The notes under the pieces were generated by a model. That model was not told the DNA's origin and searched no databases. It saw only the letters and a program-made list of their open reading frames with translations. Below are positions 9,220-18,993 of a stretch of 64,000 bases of DNA, piece by piece; positions within the stretch are counted from its first letter, which is position 1; each line of letters opens with the position of its first letter. This stretch comes from a virus. Taxonomy: Duplodnaviria > Caudoviricetes. The translations under genes and the position numbers were made by a program. Location of the stretch: positions 32,001 through 96,000 of the IMG/VR virus record IMGVR_UViG_3300031993_000010. One strand, 5' to 3'.

Positions 9220-11724
9220 ATGGCTAACTGCTTGGACAAATACATATGCGACTCATCCGACAACTGTACCGTTGTTATAACCGATGAAAATGGTGTGGAG
9301 ATAGACACAAGGTTTCTCCATGACGGCGATATAATATATTTGAACTATGAGGAACGGGAAGGGTATACATTTGAGGGTTTCACCGATGAAGAGGGTAACC
9401 CTGTCGGTGAGTATTATGCACCTGGTATGTATGAGGTGGAGGTTGTCTGTGGAGGTTCATACATAGCCAATTACAGCACAAATCTTTATGAAATTGATGC
9501 TACCCCATGTGACGGTATAGGCGGTACGGTGACAGGTAGTGGTGAATATCCGTATGGTTCTGAGGTGGAGTTGGTCGCTACCGAGGAGGAGGGATACCAT
9601 TTTTCGGGTTGGTATATTGACGGAGAAATGGTATCGGGTGACATCAACTACTCTTTTACCGTAAGGGATGACGTTGAGATATGTGCACGTTTCGAGGGTG
9701 ACGAGTATTACATATTAGCCAAGCCAAACGACCCCAACCTTGGAAATGCCACAGGAACGGGTGTGTATCATAGGGGTGAAGTGGCGGTTCTTTCTGCGGT
9801 GCCGTTTGAAGGCTCCAATTTCATAGATTGGGACAATGGAATAGTCAACAGCCAATGGAACCTGACCGTGATGGGTAACGGTATCTACATAGCGAATTTT
9901 GACCGTCCGTTGTACACGGTTACAATTAACATAATCAATGAATCTCCGACAAGGGGTGATATGGTTCCTGGGTTTGCCACAGGTGGCGGTACATTCAGTT
10001 ACGGAACTTCTGTAACATTGGGGGCAACCGCATATTCAACATTCTCGTTTGTCAGATGGGAAATAGACGGGGTTGTGGTCGGCACCGACAACACATACTC
10101 ATTAACAGTGACCAACAACATCGTGGTCAACGCTTATTTCACTGACGCATTGTTCAGATTGACATTACATGCTTCACCTGAGAACGGCGGCTACATCGTG
10201 GATTCGAACAACAACCAATATACAGGTGGTGAATATACATATGGTACTGTCGTGAATGTTACGGCAACACCGAATCCTTCATATGATTTTGTCGGATGGG
10301 GTGACAATGTGGCAACACCGTCACGTTCCTTCACCATGACACGTGACATAGACGAGACAGCCTATTTCAGGACAACACCTACAGGGCGTCTGGTTACATT
10401 GAGAATAAACTACAACCAACAACAGGGTATTGTGAGGATATACAAAAACGCAAACAATGAGGATGTGTCGCAATACGGCAACAACGTTGTGACATCACCT
10501 GCGGTTATGATAGGGACAAGCCTGAGGGTGGAATGCGAAGGTATTAACGGATATGTGTTCGACAGATACCTTGTGGATAACTCCACGTTGTCAATACGCA
10601 ATTTCTACATGAACAGTGATATTGAGAAAACGGTGGTGTTCAGACCCGACGGTGTATGTTCCGACCCGATTAATCTGAAGGTGGATGATACCGACTATAC
10701 GTATTTTGAATACAATGGTCAGGAATACAGCAGTGAACAGGGTGTAACGATAATTCCGACATACTCAACACCGTTCACGGTCAAGGCGAGAACGGGTTAT
10801 TATCTTGACAAACTGCTTGACGTTACGGATGAGAACAACCCGATTGACATAACCGCCAACTGTACCAAGTCATATTGCTACGACTACTATTTCCTGTCGG
10901 ATGTTAATGGTTATGTGACATTCTATTTTTCAAACGAGTATAATTATTACAACTTTATAGGGAACAACTATTATTATAGACAGATAACAAGTGCACCGCA
11001 GGGATTTGTACCTCAGGACGGTATTAACAGGTTTTATGGAAATACATCTTATGAGACAATATCACAGATAAATCCCGATACCAATAACGAACAGTATATT
11101 TGTATCGTATTTACCGATTTTTATACAACAGAATCTATTGAAAACTACTATTTTGAGAGAATACCAATACCAAGTAGCGTACCGACAGTAAATGAGTTCC
11201 CATATGTGATAGATTCATCATACCCTGATTTAATACAATGGAACGGTTTATATTGGGTGAAATTACGATTTGGGGTACATTTTTGTCAATTCCATACCAA
11301 TTGGATTACTTTGTGTATATTCGAAATGTATGAAGGTGTCATAAATCCCGTGGATGAAAATTCGCCCGAGTTTGTCTGTGCCAAAAATACTAACGACAAT
11401 GCGTCTTACAGAAAAAAAGTATGTGGCATTATGTGTGTCCCTGAATGTGGGCACAAATATCTTGCAAGTGTAAAGAAGAATTATAACAATACATCTGCAC
11501 AGAAAAGACCGATTGACAGGAGTTGCATATATTGGGGTGCCAGTGCAACGACGGCTGACGCCAATACAATCACAGACCCTAATCGTAGTAATGGAGGATT
11601 CATTTCAATATTTGAAGTGGATTACGATGTTCCACAGTCGGCTACGGCTAACAACATAACATGGAAATCAACACATACAACAGAGGCTGCTACATTGGGT
11701 GATATAATAGAACTCGGTTGTTAA
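9220..11724 (+). CDS. Virion protein with tandem InlB-B/Flg_new_2-like (bacterial repeat) Ig domains
   Basis: Five or six repeats of GxVxGxGxYxxGxxVxLxA..GYxFxGW (e.g. GTVTGSGEYPYGSEVELVATEEEGYHFSGW). Confidence 0.75.
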   Translation: MANCLDKYICDSSDNCTVVITDENGVEIDTRFLHDGDIIYLNYEEREGYTFEGFTDEEGNPVGEYYAPGMYEVEVVCGGSYIANYSTNLYEIDATPCDGIGGTVTGSGEYPYGSEVELVATEEEGYHFSGWYIDGEMVSGDINYSFTVRDDVEICARFEGDEYYILAKPNDPNLGNATGTGVYHRGEVAVLSAVPFEGSNFIDWDNGIVNSQWNLTVMGNGIYIANFDRPLYTVTINIINESPTRGDMVPGFATGGGTFSYGTSVTLGATAYSTFSFVRWEIDGVVVGTDNTYSLTVTNNIVVNAYFTDALFRLTLHASPENGGYIVDSNNNQYTGGEYTYGTVVNVTATPNPSYDFVGWGDNVATPSRSFTMTRDIDETAYFRTTPTGRLVTLRINYNQQQGIVRIYKNANNEDVSQYGNNVVTSPAVMIGTSLRVECEGINGYVFDRYLVDNSTLSIRNFYMNSDIEKTVVFRPDGVCSDPINLKVDDTDYTYFEYNGQEYSSEQGVTIIPTYSTPFTVKARTGYYLDKLLDVTDENNPIDITANCTKSYCYDYYFLSDVNGYVTFYFSNEYNYYNFIGNNYYYRQITSAPQGFVPQDGINRFYGNTSYETISQINPDTNNEQYICIVFTDFYTTESIENYYFERIPIPSSVPTVNEFPYVIDSSYPDLIQWNGLYWVKLRFGVHFCQFHTNWITLCIFEMYEGVINPVDENSPEFVCAKNTNDNASYRKKVCGIMCVPECGHKYLASVKKNYNNTSAQKRPIDRSCIYWGASATTADANTITDPNRSNGGFISIFEVDYDVPQSATANNITWKSTHTTEAATLGDIIELGC

Positions 11725-11749
11725 ATATTTATAGAAAAACATAATACTA

Positions 11750-14086
11750 ATGGCTTGTAATAACATAACACTGTATAACTTGAACTTGGAGGAGGTCGAT
11801 GCGGGCATCCTTGATGTGCATGAAGAATATATAATCGAACTTTCAGTTCCCCAAGACCAAGAGTTTGTCGGTTGGGTTGATTCAAATGGAAACGACATAA
11901 GTGTCTATTTAACTATAATACCCACACCCGAGGGAATGGATGAGGACAATCGTTACTACCAATTCTCACCGAAGTGCGGTTTGGTCTACAAGGCTGTGTT
12001 CAAGACGCCTACGCAATACATATGCAATGTGATTGTTGTGTCGAACAACGAGCGTCAGGGTTCTGCATCGATTACGCAGGATATACCCGAGGGAGAGAGT
12101 TATTTGGGGCAGATAATCACCATGGAGGCGTTTCCCGAATGCTGCTACAGGTTTGACAAGTGGGTTGACAGGAACGGTTCTGACATAACAGAAAATCCGC
12201 ATACAACAACGTCATCCGAACTTGGATATGGTACAAATACATATGTCGCTTTCTTTGAGTTGGAGTCCTTCAATTTTACTGTGGATTGGCAGAACGACGA
12301 GGGTGGTGTCAGCATATATGTGAACGGGCAAAGGATGGAGAACAAGACGTTTCAGGTCTTTTGCGGAGATGTGGTGCATCTTGAGGCAACGGAAAATCCA
12401 ACACACAGGTTTGTACGGTGGGTTAATGGAAACAATGAGACTGTAGACACAGAAAGAATAATAGACTATGTTGTGAAATGCGAGGACATCGGTTCTTCAA
12501 TACGTGCCGAATTTACATCAGCGGAAACCGTCATTGTCAATTATCATAACGGCGCCGACGAAGATATAACAGATGCACAGGTTTATCCTGTAGGCTCACC
12601 CTTTATCACGTTCCCTGATGAGATTGACAGACCTGGTTTCCAAATAGAGGGAATGTGGATACAGCAATGGGCAACATCGCTTGATTCGTCCGAGGCTGTG
12701 TATTATGCAGTGAACACCGAATATCCCACACCTGCAACAGACGTATTGGATTTATATGCTGTGTGGGGTGCAATATATGAAATAGACATACCGTTCAATC
12801 CTGGAATCTCAACACCCATATCACCTATCAGAGGTTTTCCTGGAGATATTGTACAACTGCCCGACATTAGTCCGTTGGCACCTTCTCACCAAAAGTTTTT
12901 GGGGTGGAGCACAATGATTTATTCACAGAATGACCTGTTGAATGCGCAGGGTATAACAGGCGCATTCGTTATACCTGATGAAAGCATAACATTGAACGCT
13001 GTTTGGATTCCTGACAATATGGTGTATTATTCGGCTAACTACATTTTTGACAACGGGACAACATCCATGCCAAGGACAACAGAATGTTTTGTGAACAATT
13101 TATATACTGTAAAGGGAACTGACTTTTTGGGATGGGAACGTGCACACTATCAATTTTCTGAGTGGGAAATAACCAACTCACAACAGTTTGTTTCTCCCGG
13201 ACAGCAGATTTATATAACCGACAACATACAATGGACTACATATGGAATCTCCCTACAAAGTTGTTGGGATGAGGAATCCAAATGGTCGGTGACATATCAT
13301 TTTGATAGCAACACATCGGAAACAATCGAGGTGTATGACAGCACCGTAATCACCCTTAATGACGGTTCAACCCTTTCAAGGGAGGGATATGTGGCTGTCG
13401 GTTGGAAAGACGCCGATGATGAGACTAACTATAACACATATCTATTTGATGGTGAGATAGTTGTGAGAAGTGACATGGAATTCTGGCCGATATGGTCATC
13501 AGAGAACTGTTTCATATATTTGTCATCTCCAGACCCTCAAGGTGTTATTGTGATAAATGAACAGGCGATGGTTGGGACAGGTCCGTTTGAAGTCGACCTG
13601 TATACCACAAACGATATCGGTGGATATTGGGTAGGTGGTACAAAGGAATTCAGTGGATGGTTCACAGATTTGGAGACCCATCAACTTGTACACGGCATAT
13701 TGCCCTTAAACTATTCCGTTATTTTTAATTTAGAATGCGGTAAAAGTTATGAGATGTACTTTGAGGATGTTGAGCCTGAAGAGTGTATTGTACATTTGGA
13801 TTGGGATACACAAAAATTGAGTGTTAAGGTGGATAATTTGGCTGTTGTACCACCATATGACTTGGATTTGAATGGGTCTTCGACAGTAAAGGTTGTTTAT
13901 ACCGGTCTTGGCTTGGATAGTTATAACGGCAGGTATTATGATTCCACGACACAGACTGAATCATATGTGGTATACTCACCATCTACCCATTTTATAGGAC
14001 TTCCAGATTGTGAAGAATGGGGTGGGCATAATATCACACTCTTATCTGAAAGCAGCCCTGTACCAGTAATCCAACCTCATCCCTAA
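11750..14086 (+). CDS. Virion protein with InlB-B/Listeria-Bacteroides repeat (Flg_new) domains
   Basis: Repeats with xFxGW and LYAVW/LNAVW/FWPIW endings; ATATTTAT at 11725-11732 upstream. Confidence 0.7.
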   Translation: MACNNITLYNLNLEEVDAGILDVHEEYIIELSVPQDQEFVGWVDSNGNDISVYLTIIPTPEGMDEDNRYYQFSPKCGLVYKAVFKTPTQYICNVIVVSNNERQGSASITQDIPEGESYLGQIITMEAFPECCYRFDKWVDRNGSDITENPHTTTSSELGYGTNTYVAFFELESFNFTVDWQNDEGGVSIYVNGQRMENKTFQVFCGDVVHLEATENPTHRFVRWVNGNNETVDTERIIDYVVKCEDIGSSIRAEFTSAETVIVNYHNGADEDITDAQVYPVGSPFITFPDEIDRPGFQIEGMWIQQWATSLDSSEAVYYAVNTEYPTPATDVLDLYAVWGAIYEIDIPFNPGISTPISPIRGFPGDIVQLPDISPLAPSHQKFLGWSTMIYSQNDLLNAQGITGAFVIPDESITLNAVWIPDNMVYYSANYIFDNGTTSMPRTTECFVNNLYTVKGTDFLGWERAHYQFSEWEITNSQQFVSPGQQIYITDNIQWTTYGISLQSCWDEESKWSVTYHFDSNTSETIEVYDSTVITLNDGSTLSREGYVAVGWKDADDETNYNTYLFDGEIVVRSDMEFWPIWSSENCFIYLSSPDPQGVIVINEQAMVGTGPFEVDLYTTNDIGGYWVGGTKEFSGWFTDLETHQLVHGILPLNYSVIFNLECGKSYEMYFEDVEPEECIVHLDWDTQKLSVKVDNLAVVPPYDLDLNGSSTVKVVYTGLGLDSYNGRYYDSTTQTESYVVYSPSTHFIGLPDCEEWGGHNITLLSESSPVPVIQPHP

Positions 14087-14103
14087 CAATAACATAGAAT
14101 AAT

Positions 14104-15087
14104 ATGGTTCACAGTATAGAGTACATAATAAAGACCAATAGCGACAGCGTTCACTTGGAGTATAGACAAACCGACTATACTCCAAGTGAGTCTGATGTTT
14201 GGGTTGGGGGATATAATTCCTTTACTGACATTAGTGAGGCTGACCCCGACAACTTGGATTCACCTTTGATTGTCAGGGTTGTCGATGGCGGGATTATAAC
14301 CTATTACAGAAGGACACTGATGGTTGGTGAAGGTGTGAACAATTTCACTGTTTCTGTGCTGATAGACGGAATTGAAGGAAGGACAACATTTATTGTTGAG
14401 GAATATACCATGTTTCTCAACCACCGTGTTGTCGGGTCTGACATCTATGTAAGTGTATCCGCCAACAGGACTGAGTTTGAACGCACGGGTATGATAACAA
14501 TCAAGTACACCCCAAATGAAAACATCAAGACTGTCTTGTATATAGAACAGGAAAAGTGCGAGGTAGGCATGATGTTTGGGAACTGTATCATAGAAAGAAA
14601 CGGGGAGTCGTCTGTTGATATTATTAATAGTGGGGAATTTGAGTACACGTTTGACACGCTGACAGACCAAACCGACGGCAATATGGAGAAGTTGACTTTG
14701 GATGTGGCTGCGATAGGACCGCATAGAAAGTATTTTGTCAAAACAATAAGGCAGTATGTACAAATCGGTCCACTTGATGACACATACAGGCTTATGGGTG
14801 GCGAGTGGTACAGACGCAAGACGAAATACGTTGAGGGCAGGTTTGTCTACTATTATGCCAAGGTGTCGGTCATAGACGGTCAGGTTTATGACGTGCAGAA
14901 GTATGACAAGGGATTGAAGATTGAGACAATGCCCGACAAAATCAGTATAACCAACTATGGTAGGGTGTTTATGGCACCAAATTCATATTATGTGGTCACG
15001 TTAGCCAATTATGACAACGTAAAAAAAGAATGCGTTGCCACATTGAGATATTCGGGCAACGCATCTTCCAATATAAACAATCAGTAG
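14104..15087 (+). CDS. Virion protein with BACON-like Ig domain
   Basis: VSVSANRTEFERTGMITI...IEQ matches the BACON signature (V.AN....R.G.I.....Q). Confidence 0.55.
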   Translation: MVHSIEYIIKTNSDSVHLEYRQTDYTPSESDVWVGGYNSFTDISEADPDNLDSPLIVRVVDGGIITYYRRTLMVGEGVNNFTVSVLIDGIEGRTTFIVEEYTMFLNHRVVGSDIYVSVSANRTEFERTGMITIKYTPNENIKTVLYIEQEKCEVGMMFGNCIIERNGESSVDIINSGEFEYTFDTLTDQTDGNMEKLTLDVAAIGPHRKYFVKTIRQYVQIGPLDDTYRLMGGEWYRRKTKYVEGRFVYYYAKVSVIDGQVYDVQKYDKGLKIETMPDKISITNYGRVFMAPNSYYVVTLANYDNVKKECVATLRYSGNASSNINNQ

Positions 15088-15093
15088 GGTTCG

Positions 15094-15921
15094 TTATTGG
15101 TTAAGTAGGCGCTCGACGTCGTTCTTCACGTCATCGTAATCCTCTATTTCAAACTTGTAGTACTTGTAGTCGTTCTCGACTTCGACAAGTCTATATTCCA
15201 TTGTTTCCAAATTCCACACAACGAAACCATGCCCTGTTGTATTCTCACCGAAATCTTTCTGGAACACAGACCCCGAATATACCAACGGGACACCGTTATT
15301 TCTTATTTCCTGAAATTTATGGATATGCCCCGCCATGACGCAGTCGCATTCCTTGAACAACGAACTGTCGATACCGCTGTCCGACATGTATCCAAGGTCG
15401 GTTACAGACCCCACGCTGTCCCCGTGATATAGTGCCACGATGCGTTTATCGGGTGATTTTTGTTTCAACCCGTTGATATTCGGGTCTTTGAAATCGTCGA
15501 ACATTGAGAACAGGGCGAATATTACATTTTCATCTTCAACATAACCGCTTTTATAGTTCAGCAGACTGTCAATGAAGAAAACGTTTTTGTATGCGTTTTT
15601 TATCTTGAATGTGGGGGAGAGGGAGTCGAGTCTGTCCTTGTTACCCTGCAGCATGTCATGGTTGCCCGCCACGATGTATGTTGTCGCCATTTTGTCAAGG
15701 GCGTTAAGCAGGGAATGGAACAGCGAACGTGCCTCGTTGCTTATTCTTATCTTGGACTCGTAGATGTCACCTACAATTACAATTCTCACCTCATCTTTCT
15801 TGTAGGGTTTGATTGTGTCGGCCAACTGTTTGATGAGATTTGTCATTTTCTCTTTCATGTGGCTTTCATTGACATCGTTCTTGATGTGGAGGTCAGCCAA
15901 ATGGATACAATACTTTATCAT
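15094..15921 (-). CDS. sbcD: Mre11/SbcD (gp47-like) recombination nuclease, calcineurin-like phosphoesterase
   Basis: Motifs HLADLH, VGD, GNHD, YHG, GHIHK, YSGS. Confidence 0.85.
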   Translation of the reverse strand: MIKYCIHLADLHIKNDVNESHMKEKMTNLIKQLADTIKPYKKDEVRIVIVGDIYESKIRISNEARSLFHSLLNALDKMATTYIVAGNHDMLQGNKDRLDSLSPTFKIKNAYKNVFFIDSLLNYKSGYVEDENVIFALFSMFDDFKDPNINGLKQKSPDKRIVALYHGDSVGSVTDLGYMSDSGIDSSLFKECDCVMAGHIHKFQEIRNNGVPLVYSGSVFQKDFGENTTGHGFVVWNLETMEYRLVEVENDYKYYKFEIEDYDDVKNDVERLLNQ

Positions 15922-15948
15922 TCTTAAAAGATTTTATGTTGAACAAGG

Positions 15949-15959
15949 CAAATATACTA
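15949..15959 (-). promoter_or_regulatory. Class B promoter TAGTATATTTG (contains Bacteroidota -7 element TAnnTTTG)
   Basis: Reverse complement of caaatatacta, upstream of sbcD; the same 11-mer occurs at five other gene starts. Confidence 0.7.
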
Positions 15960-16021
15960 TTTTTGTTGTTATTTTTTGGGAAATGTCATATATTAGGTAA
16001 AGATTTAAACATTATTAACAT

Positions 16022-16816
16022 ATGACAAAAAAAGTAGAAGAAGTTGTTGAACAAGAACCGAAGGTGATACTTGGCTTGGATGTCAGTACCGCCACAATCG
16101 GTATTAGTTTGGTTGCAATTGACAATGGTGAAATCGTGCCTGTGGACGTGAAACACCTGCGTCTGAACGTTCCATCCAAGATAACGGGAACAAGGGCACT
16201 CCTAATGAAAACCCAAATGTTTGTCGACAAAATCAAGGAATATAATGAAAAATACATAATCGACAAAATTGTCATTGAGGAACCTCTGATGCTGTCGAAC
16301 AATGCGGTTACCGCAAGCACCTTGATGAAGTTTAACGGTATGGTCACTTTGGCGGTATATGACATTTTCGGCATTGTACCCGAGTACATATCGAGTTATG
16401 ATGCGAGAAAATACGGAATGCCCGAGTTGATGGGTGTCAGAAAATATGACAAGAAAGGCAACCTGTTACCGTTCAAGAAATTCAGGTCAGCAGTTAAGAA
16501 AAACGAGACCGTTTTGTTTGGCGACTATACTTTCGACGTTGCCAAAAAGGATGTAATATGGAATTATGTGTCCGAGACGTTCCCGAAGATAGAGTGGGTG
16601 TTTGACAAGAACGGTGACTTGAAAAAGGAAAATTTCGACGCAAGTGACAGCCTGATGTGTATCATGGGATACATCAACAAGCGCAAATACGAAAATGACG
16701 TTCCCGAGATTGTCGACTACGAAGAGAAAACCACCGAAGAAGGTATCGCTATCAAATATAATGTCAGGTTTTGCGGTCATATAACCCCACATTCTTACAT
16801 ATCAGCGGAAAAATAA
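16022..16816 (+). CDS. ruvC: RuvC-like Holliday junction resolvase
   Basis: ILGLDVST, VIEEP and DASDS carry the RNase H-fold acidic catalytic residues. Confidence 0.75.
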   Translation: MTKKVEEVVEQEPKVILGLDVSTATIGISLVAIDNGEIVPVDVKHLRLNVPSKITGTRALLMKTQMFVDKIKEYNEKYIIDKIVIEEPLMLSNNAVTASTLMKFNGMVTLAVYDIFGIVPEYISSYDARKYGMPELMGVRKYDKKGNLLPFKKFRSAVKKNETVLFGDYTFDVAKKDVIWNYVSETFPKIEWVFDKNGDLKKENFDASDSLMCIMGYINKRKYENDVPEIVDYEEKTTEEGIAIKYNVRFCGHITPHSYISAEK

Positions 16817-16895
16817 CAAGCCCACTGTTGACGATACCGACGACAATACACCTCCCTTATCTAAAAAAGATTGGGAACTATATACCGGTTGACAG

Positions 16896-16922
16896 AAAGC
16901 AGTCGTAAAAGACTGCTTTTTT
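16896..16922 (+). terminator. Rho-independent terminator
   Basis: aaagcagtc-gtaaaa-gactgcttt hairpin followed by a T run. Confidence 0.85.
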
Positions 16923-16932
16923 ATTTTTATGG

Positions 16933-16940
16933 ATATTTAT
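16933..16940 (+). promoter_or_regulatory. Class C (late) promoter motif ATATTTAT
   Basis: Lies right after a terminator and 7 nt before ATG 16948; the motif recurs about 15 times before structural/head-type genes. Confidence 0.65.
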
Positions 16941-16947
16941 ATTACAA

Positions 16948-17433
16948 ATGGGGGCAAGTATTGCAACTTATAACAATAATAACAAAACAAACGAGAGTAG
17001 AAGTATGAAACAAACAATCAGACTTACAGAAAGCGACCTTTACACTTTAATCAAAGAAGCCTTGAACGAACTTAGACCAGAAACATATGCCAATTATGCC
17101 AAAGGAAGGATGGAGCAGGCGAAAGGCAATAGAGAATTGTCGCCTGCGCAGCAAAGAGTTCAGCAAAACCCCTATGGTGGTCGTTCACTTGACTATAAAG
17201 CACGTCAAGGTAACCAACAAGCCGCCACAGCATGGAATCAAAAATACGGAACCCCCGAAGAAGGGTATGCTGAAATGAGTGTGCAGAATGGTAACGGTGG
17301 CTCGCGTCTGGTCATGGGTGGCACCCCTGAACAGGCAGGTAGGGAAACCGCAGCCCGAATGGGGGCGTATAATTATGCCGGGCAAAAACTCAACGAAGCC
17401 ATCACCCGTGCCATTCGCAAACTCCTGCGTTAA
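16948..17433 (+). CDS. Putative head internal protein with capsid-targeting-like motif
   Basis: MKQTIRLTESDLYTLIKEALNE and C-terminal LNEAITRAIRK; late motif upstream. Confidence 0.55.
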   Translation: MGASIATYNNNNKTNESRSMKQTIRLTESDLYTLIKEALNELRPETYANYAKGRMEQAKGNRELSPAQQRVQQNPYGGRSLDYKARQGNQQAATAWNQKYGTPEEGYAEMSVQNGNGGSRLVMGGTPEQAGRETAARMGAYNYAGQKLNEAITRAIRKLLR

Positions 17434-17454
17434 GCAACGTTTCTCATACAATAC

Positions 17455-17489
17455 ATAAGTGAATCTAATTCAATAGGTTCGCTTATTTT
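17455..17489 (+). terminator. Probable terminator hairpin
   Basis: ataagtgaatcta-attcaa-taggttcgcttat (with G-U pairs) followed by ttt. Confidence 0.6.
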
Positions 17490-17545
17490 GCATCATAGAT
17501 TTTCTGTCAGCGTGTATATAGTTTCCAAAAAACATTCCAAATTTG

Positions 17546-17556
17546 TAGTATATTTG
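17546..17556 (+). promoter_or_regulatory. Class B promoter TAGTATATTTG
   Basis: Ends 4 nt before the GTG start at 17561. Confidence 0.7.
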
Positions 17557-17560
17557 GGGT

Positions 17561-18592
17561 GTGAACATTGAAGATGACATAAAGGATTTGGTTGAGGAAA
17601 CTCTCGGTGCGCCAAAAAGGGACTATGCGGGCAGTGGCAGTTGGTATGAGTTCGACTGCCCTAACTGTGCTGAGGAAAATTGTGGTGTTCCCGATGGTAA
17701 GCATAATCTTGCTGTCAACGTAGCGGTTGGTGAGACGTACTACCATTGTTGGCGTTGTGAGATGGCGGGAAGACTCTCCAAATTGTTTAAACGGTATGGT
17801 TCGCCTTCTATATATAAAAAATATAAGGAATTAATAAGTGAGTATAAGAACAGTCACCTTTATGAAATCGGAACAGGTGACGTTGTTATATCTGACGACC
17901 CCGATAAGCAGGAATCCCTTAATTTTCCAGAAAACTGTTCAAGTGTCTTTGATAATACCGAAGACGGAAACAAAGCGTTGGAATATCTTCACGAAAGGGG
18001 TGTAGATGATTTTTTAATCAGGAAACACAACATAAAATATGTGGGAAATATCCGTTCCAATAAGTATCGGAATATGATAATAGTACCTTCATATGACATG
18101 TTCGGTAATTTGAATTATTTCAGCGGAAGGGATTTTACAGGTAGAAAAGACTACAACAAGAAAAATCCAGATATAAGCAAAACGGAGATTGTTTTTGATG
18201 AGGGTTTGATAAATTGGTACGAGCCGATAACACTTGTTGAAGGTCCGTTTGACCATATTGTGGTTCCAAACTCGATTCCATTATTGGGGAAACCGATAGA
18301 TGAGGAATATGCGGTATATAAGGTCTTGAAAGAAAAGGCTAAGAGCACTGTCAATATCATGCTTGACAGCGATGCTCGTGAAAGTGCGTTAAAGGACTAT
18401 GTTGTGTTAAATAAAGGGTTGCTGTTTAACAGGATACGCATAATCGACTGCCCTGACGGTTATGACCCGTCGGACATGTACAGGGATTTCGGAAAGGGTG
18501 CCATTCTAAAACTTCTTGCATCCGCCAAGAAGGTTGATGACTATGATTTGATGAACCTGTCATTCAAAAAGAATGTTAAAAAATTAAAATAG
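17561..18592 (+). CDS. DnaG-type phage DNA primase (Zn finger + TOPRIM)
   Basis: CPNC...HCWRC zinc finger; YLHERG; LVEGPFD; MLDSDA; YDPSD. Confidence 0.8.
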   Translation: MNIEDDIKDLVEETLGAPKRDYAGSGSWYEFDCPNCAEENCGVPDGKHNLAVNVAVGETYYHCWRCEMAGRLSKLFKRYGSPSIYKKYKELISEYKNSHLYEIGTGDVVISDDPDKQESLNFPENCSSVFDNTEDGNKALEYLHERGVDDFLIRKHNIKYVGNIRSNKYRNMIIVPSYDMFGNLNYFSGRDFTGRKDYNKKNPDISKTEIVFDEGLINWYEPITLVEGPFDHIVVPNSIPLLGKPIDEEYAVYKVLKEKAKSTVNIMLDSDARESALKDYVVLNKGLLFNRIRIIDCPDGYDPSDMYRDFGKGAILKLLASAKKVDDYDLMNLSFKKNVKKLK

Positions 18593-18614
18593 AATAATAT
18601 AACTTATAAAAAAG

Positions 18615-18625
18615 TAGTATATTTG
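18615..18625 (+). promoter_or_regulatory. Class B promoter TAGTATATTTG
   Basis: Ends 4 nt before ATG 18630. Confidence 0.7.
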
Positions 18626-18629
18626 CGTC

Positions 18630-18992
18630 ATGGTTGTAGAATTTGACATAACGAAACGTCTCTATGACGACCTGAAAGGTTGGTGTCAAGTCAATAATAT
18701 TGAACTCAATAAATACGTTTCATTAAAATTGAGGGAAGCCTTGACACTTGACAAATACGGTGACCTGAACGAAAAGGTGAAAAAAGTTCAGAAAAAACAG
18801 GAAAAGAAGAAAAAACCTGCAACTCCTGTGGCGGAAGAACTGATTCCTGTAGTACCAATGGCACCGCCAAATCCTGAGGTGACGTTTGCACCCGAGATAG
18901 AAAAAGTAACTGAATTAGAACCGAACACGGATAATAAGGAAGAAAAAGAAGTCAACACAGAAAAAAAACGTAGAACATTAAAAACAAAATAA
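18630..18992 (+). CDS. Hypothetical protein, possible N-terminal ribbon-helix-helix with a disordered tail
   Basis: N-terminal VEFDITKRLYDDLKGWC...LNKYVS pattern; K/E/P-rich C-terminus. Confidence 0.45.
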   Translation: MVVEFDITKRLYDDLKGWCQVNNIELNKYVSLKLREALTLDKYGDLNEKVKKVQKKQEKKKKPATPVAEELIPVVPMAPPNPEVTFAPEIEKVTELEPNTDNKEEKEVNTEKKRRTLKTK

Positions 18993-18993
18993 T

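Noticed and set aside
15030-15065. Inverted repeat tgcgttgcc...ggcaacgca as a mobile-element end
   Set aside because: It is a single hairpin near the junction of convergent genes, best explained as a terminator for the minus-strand sbcD transcript.
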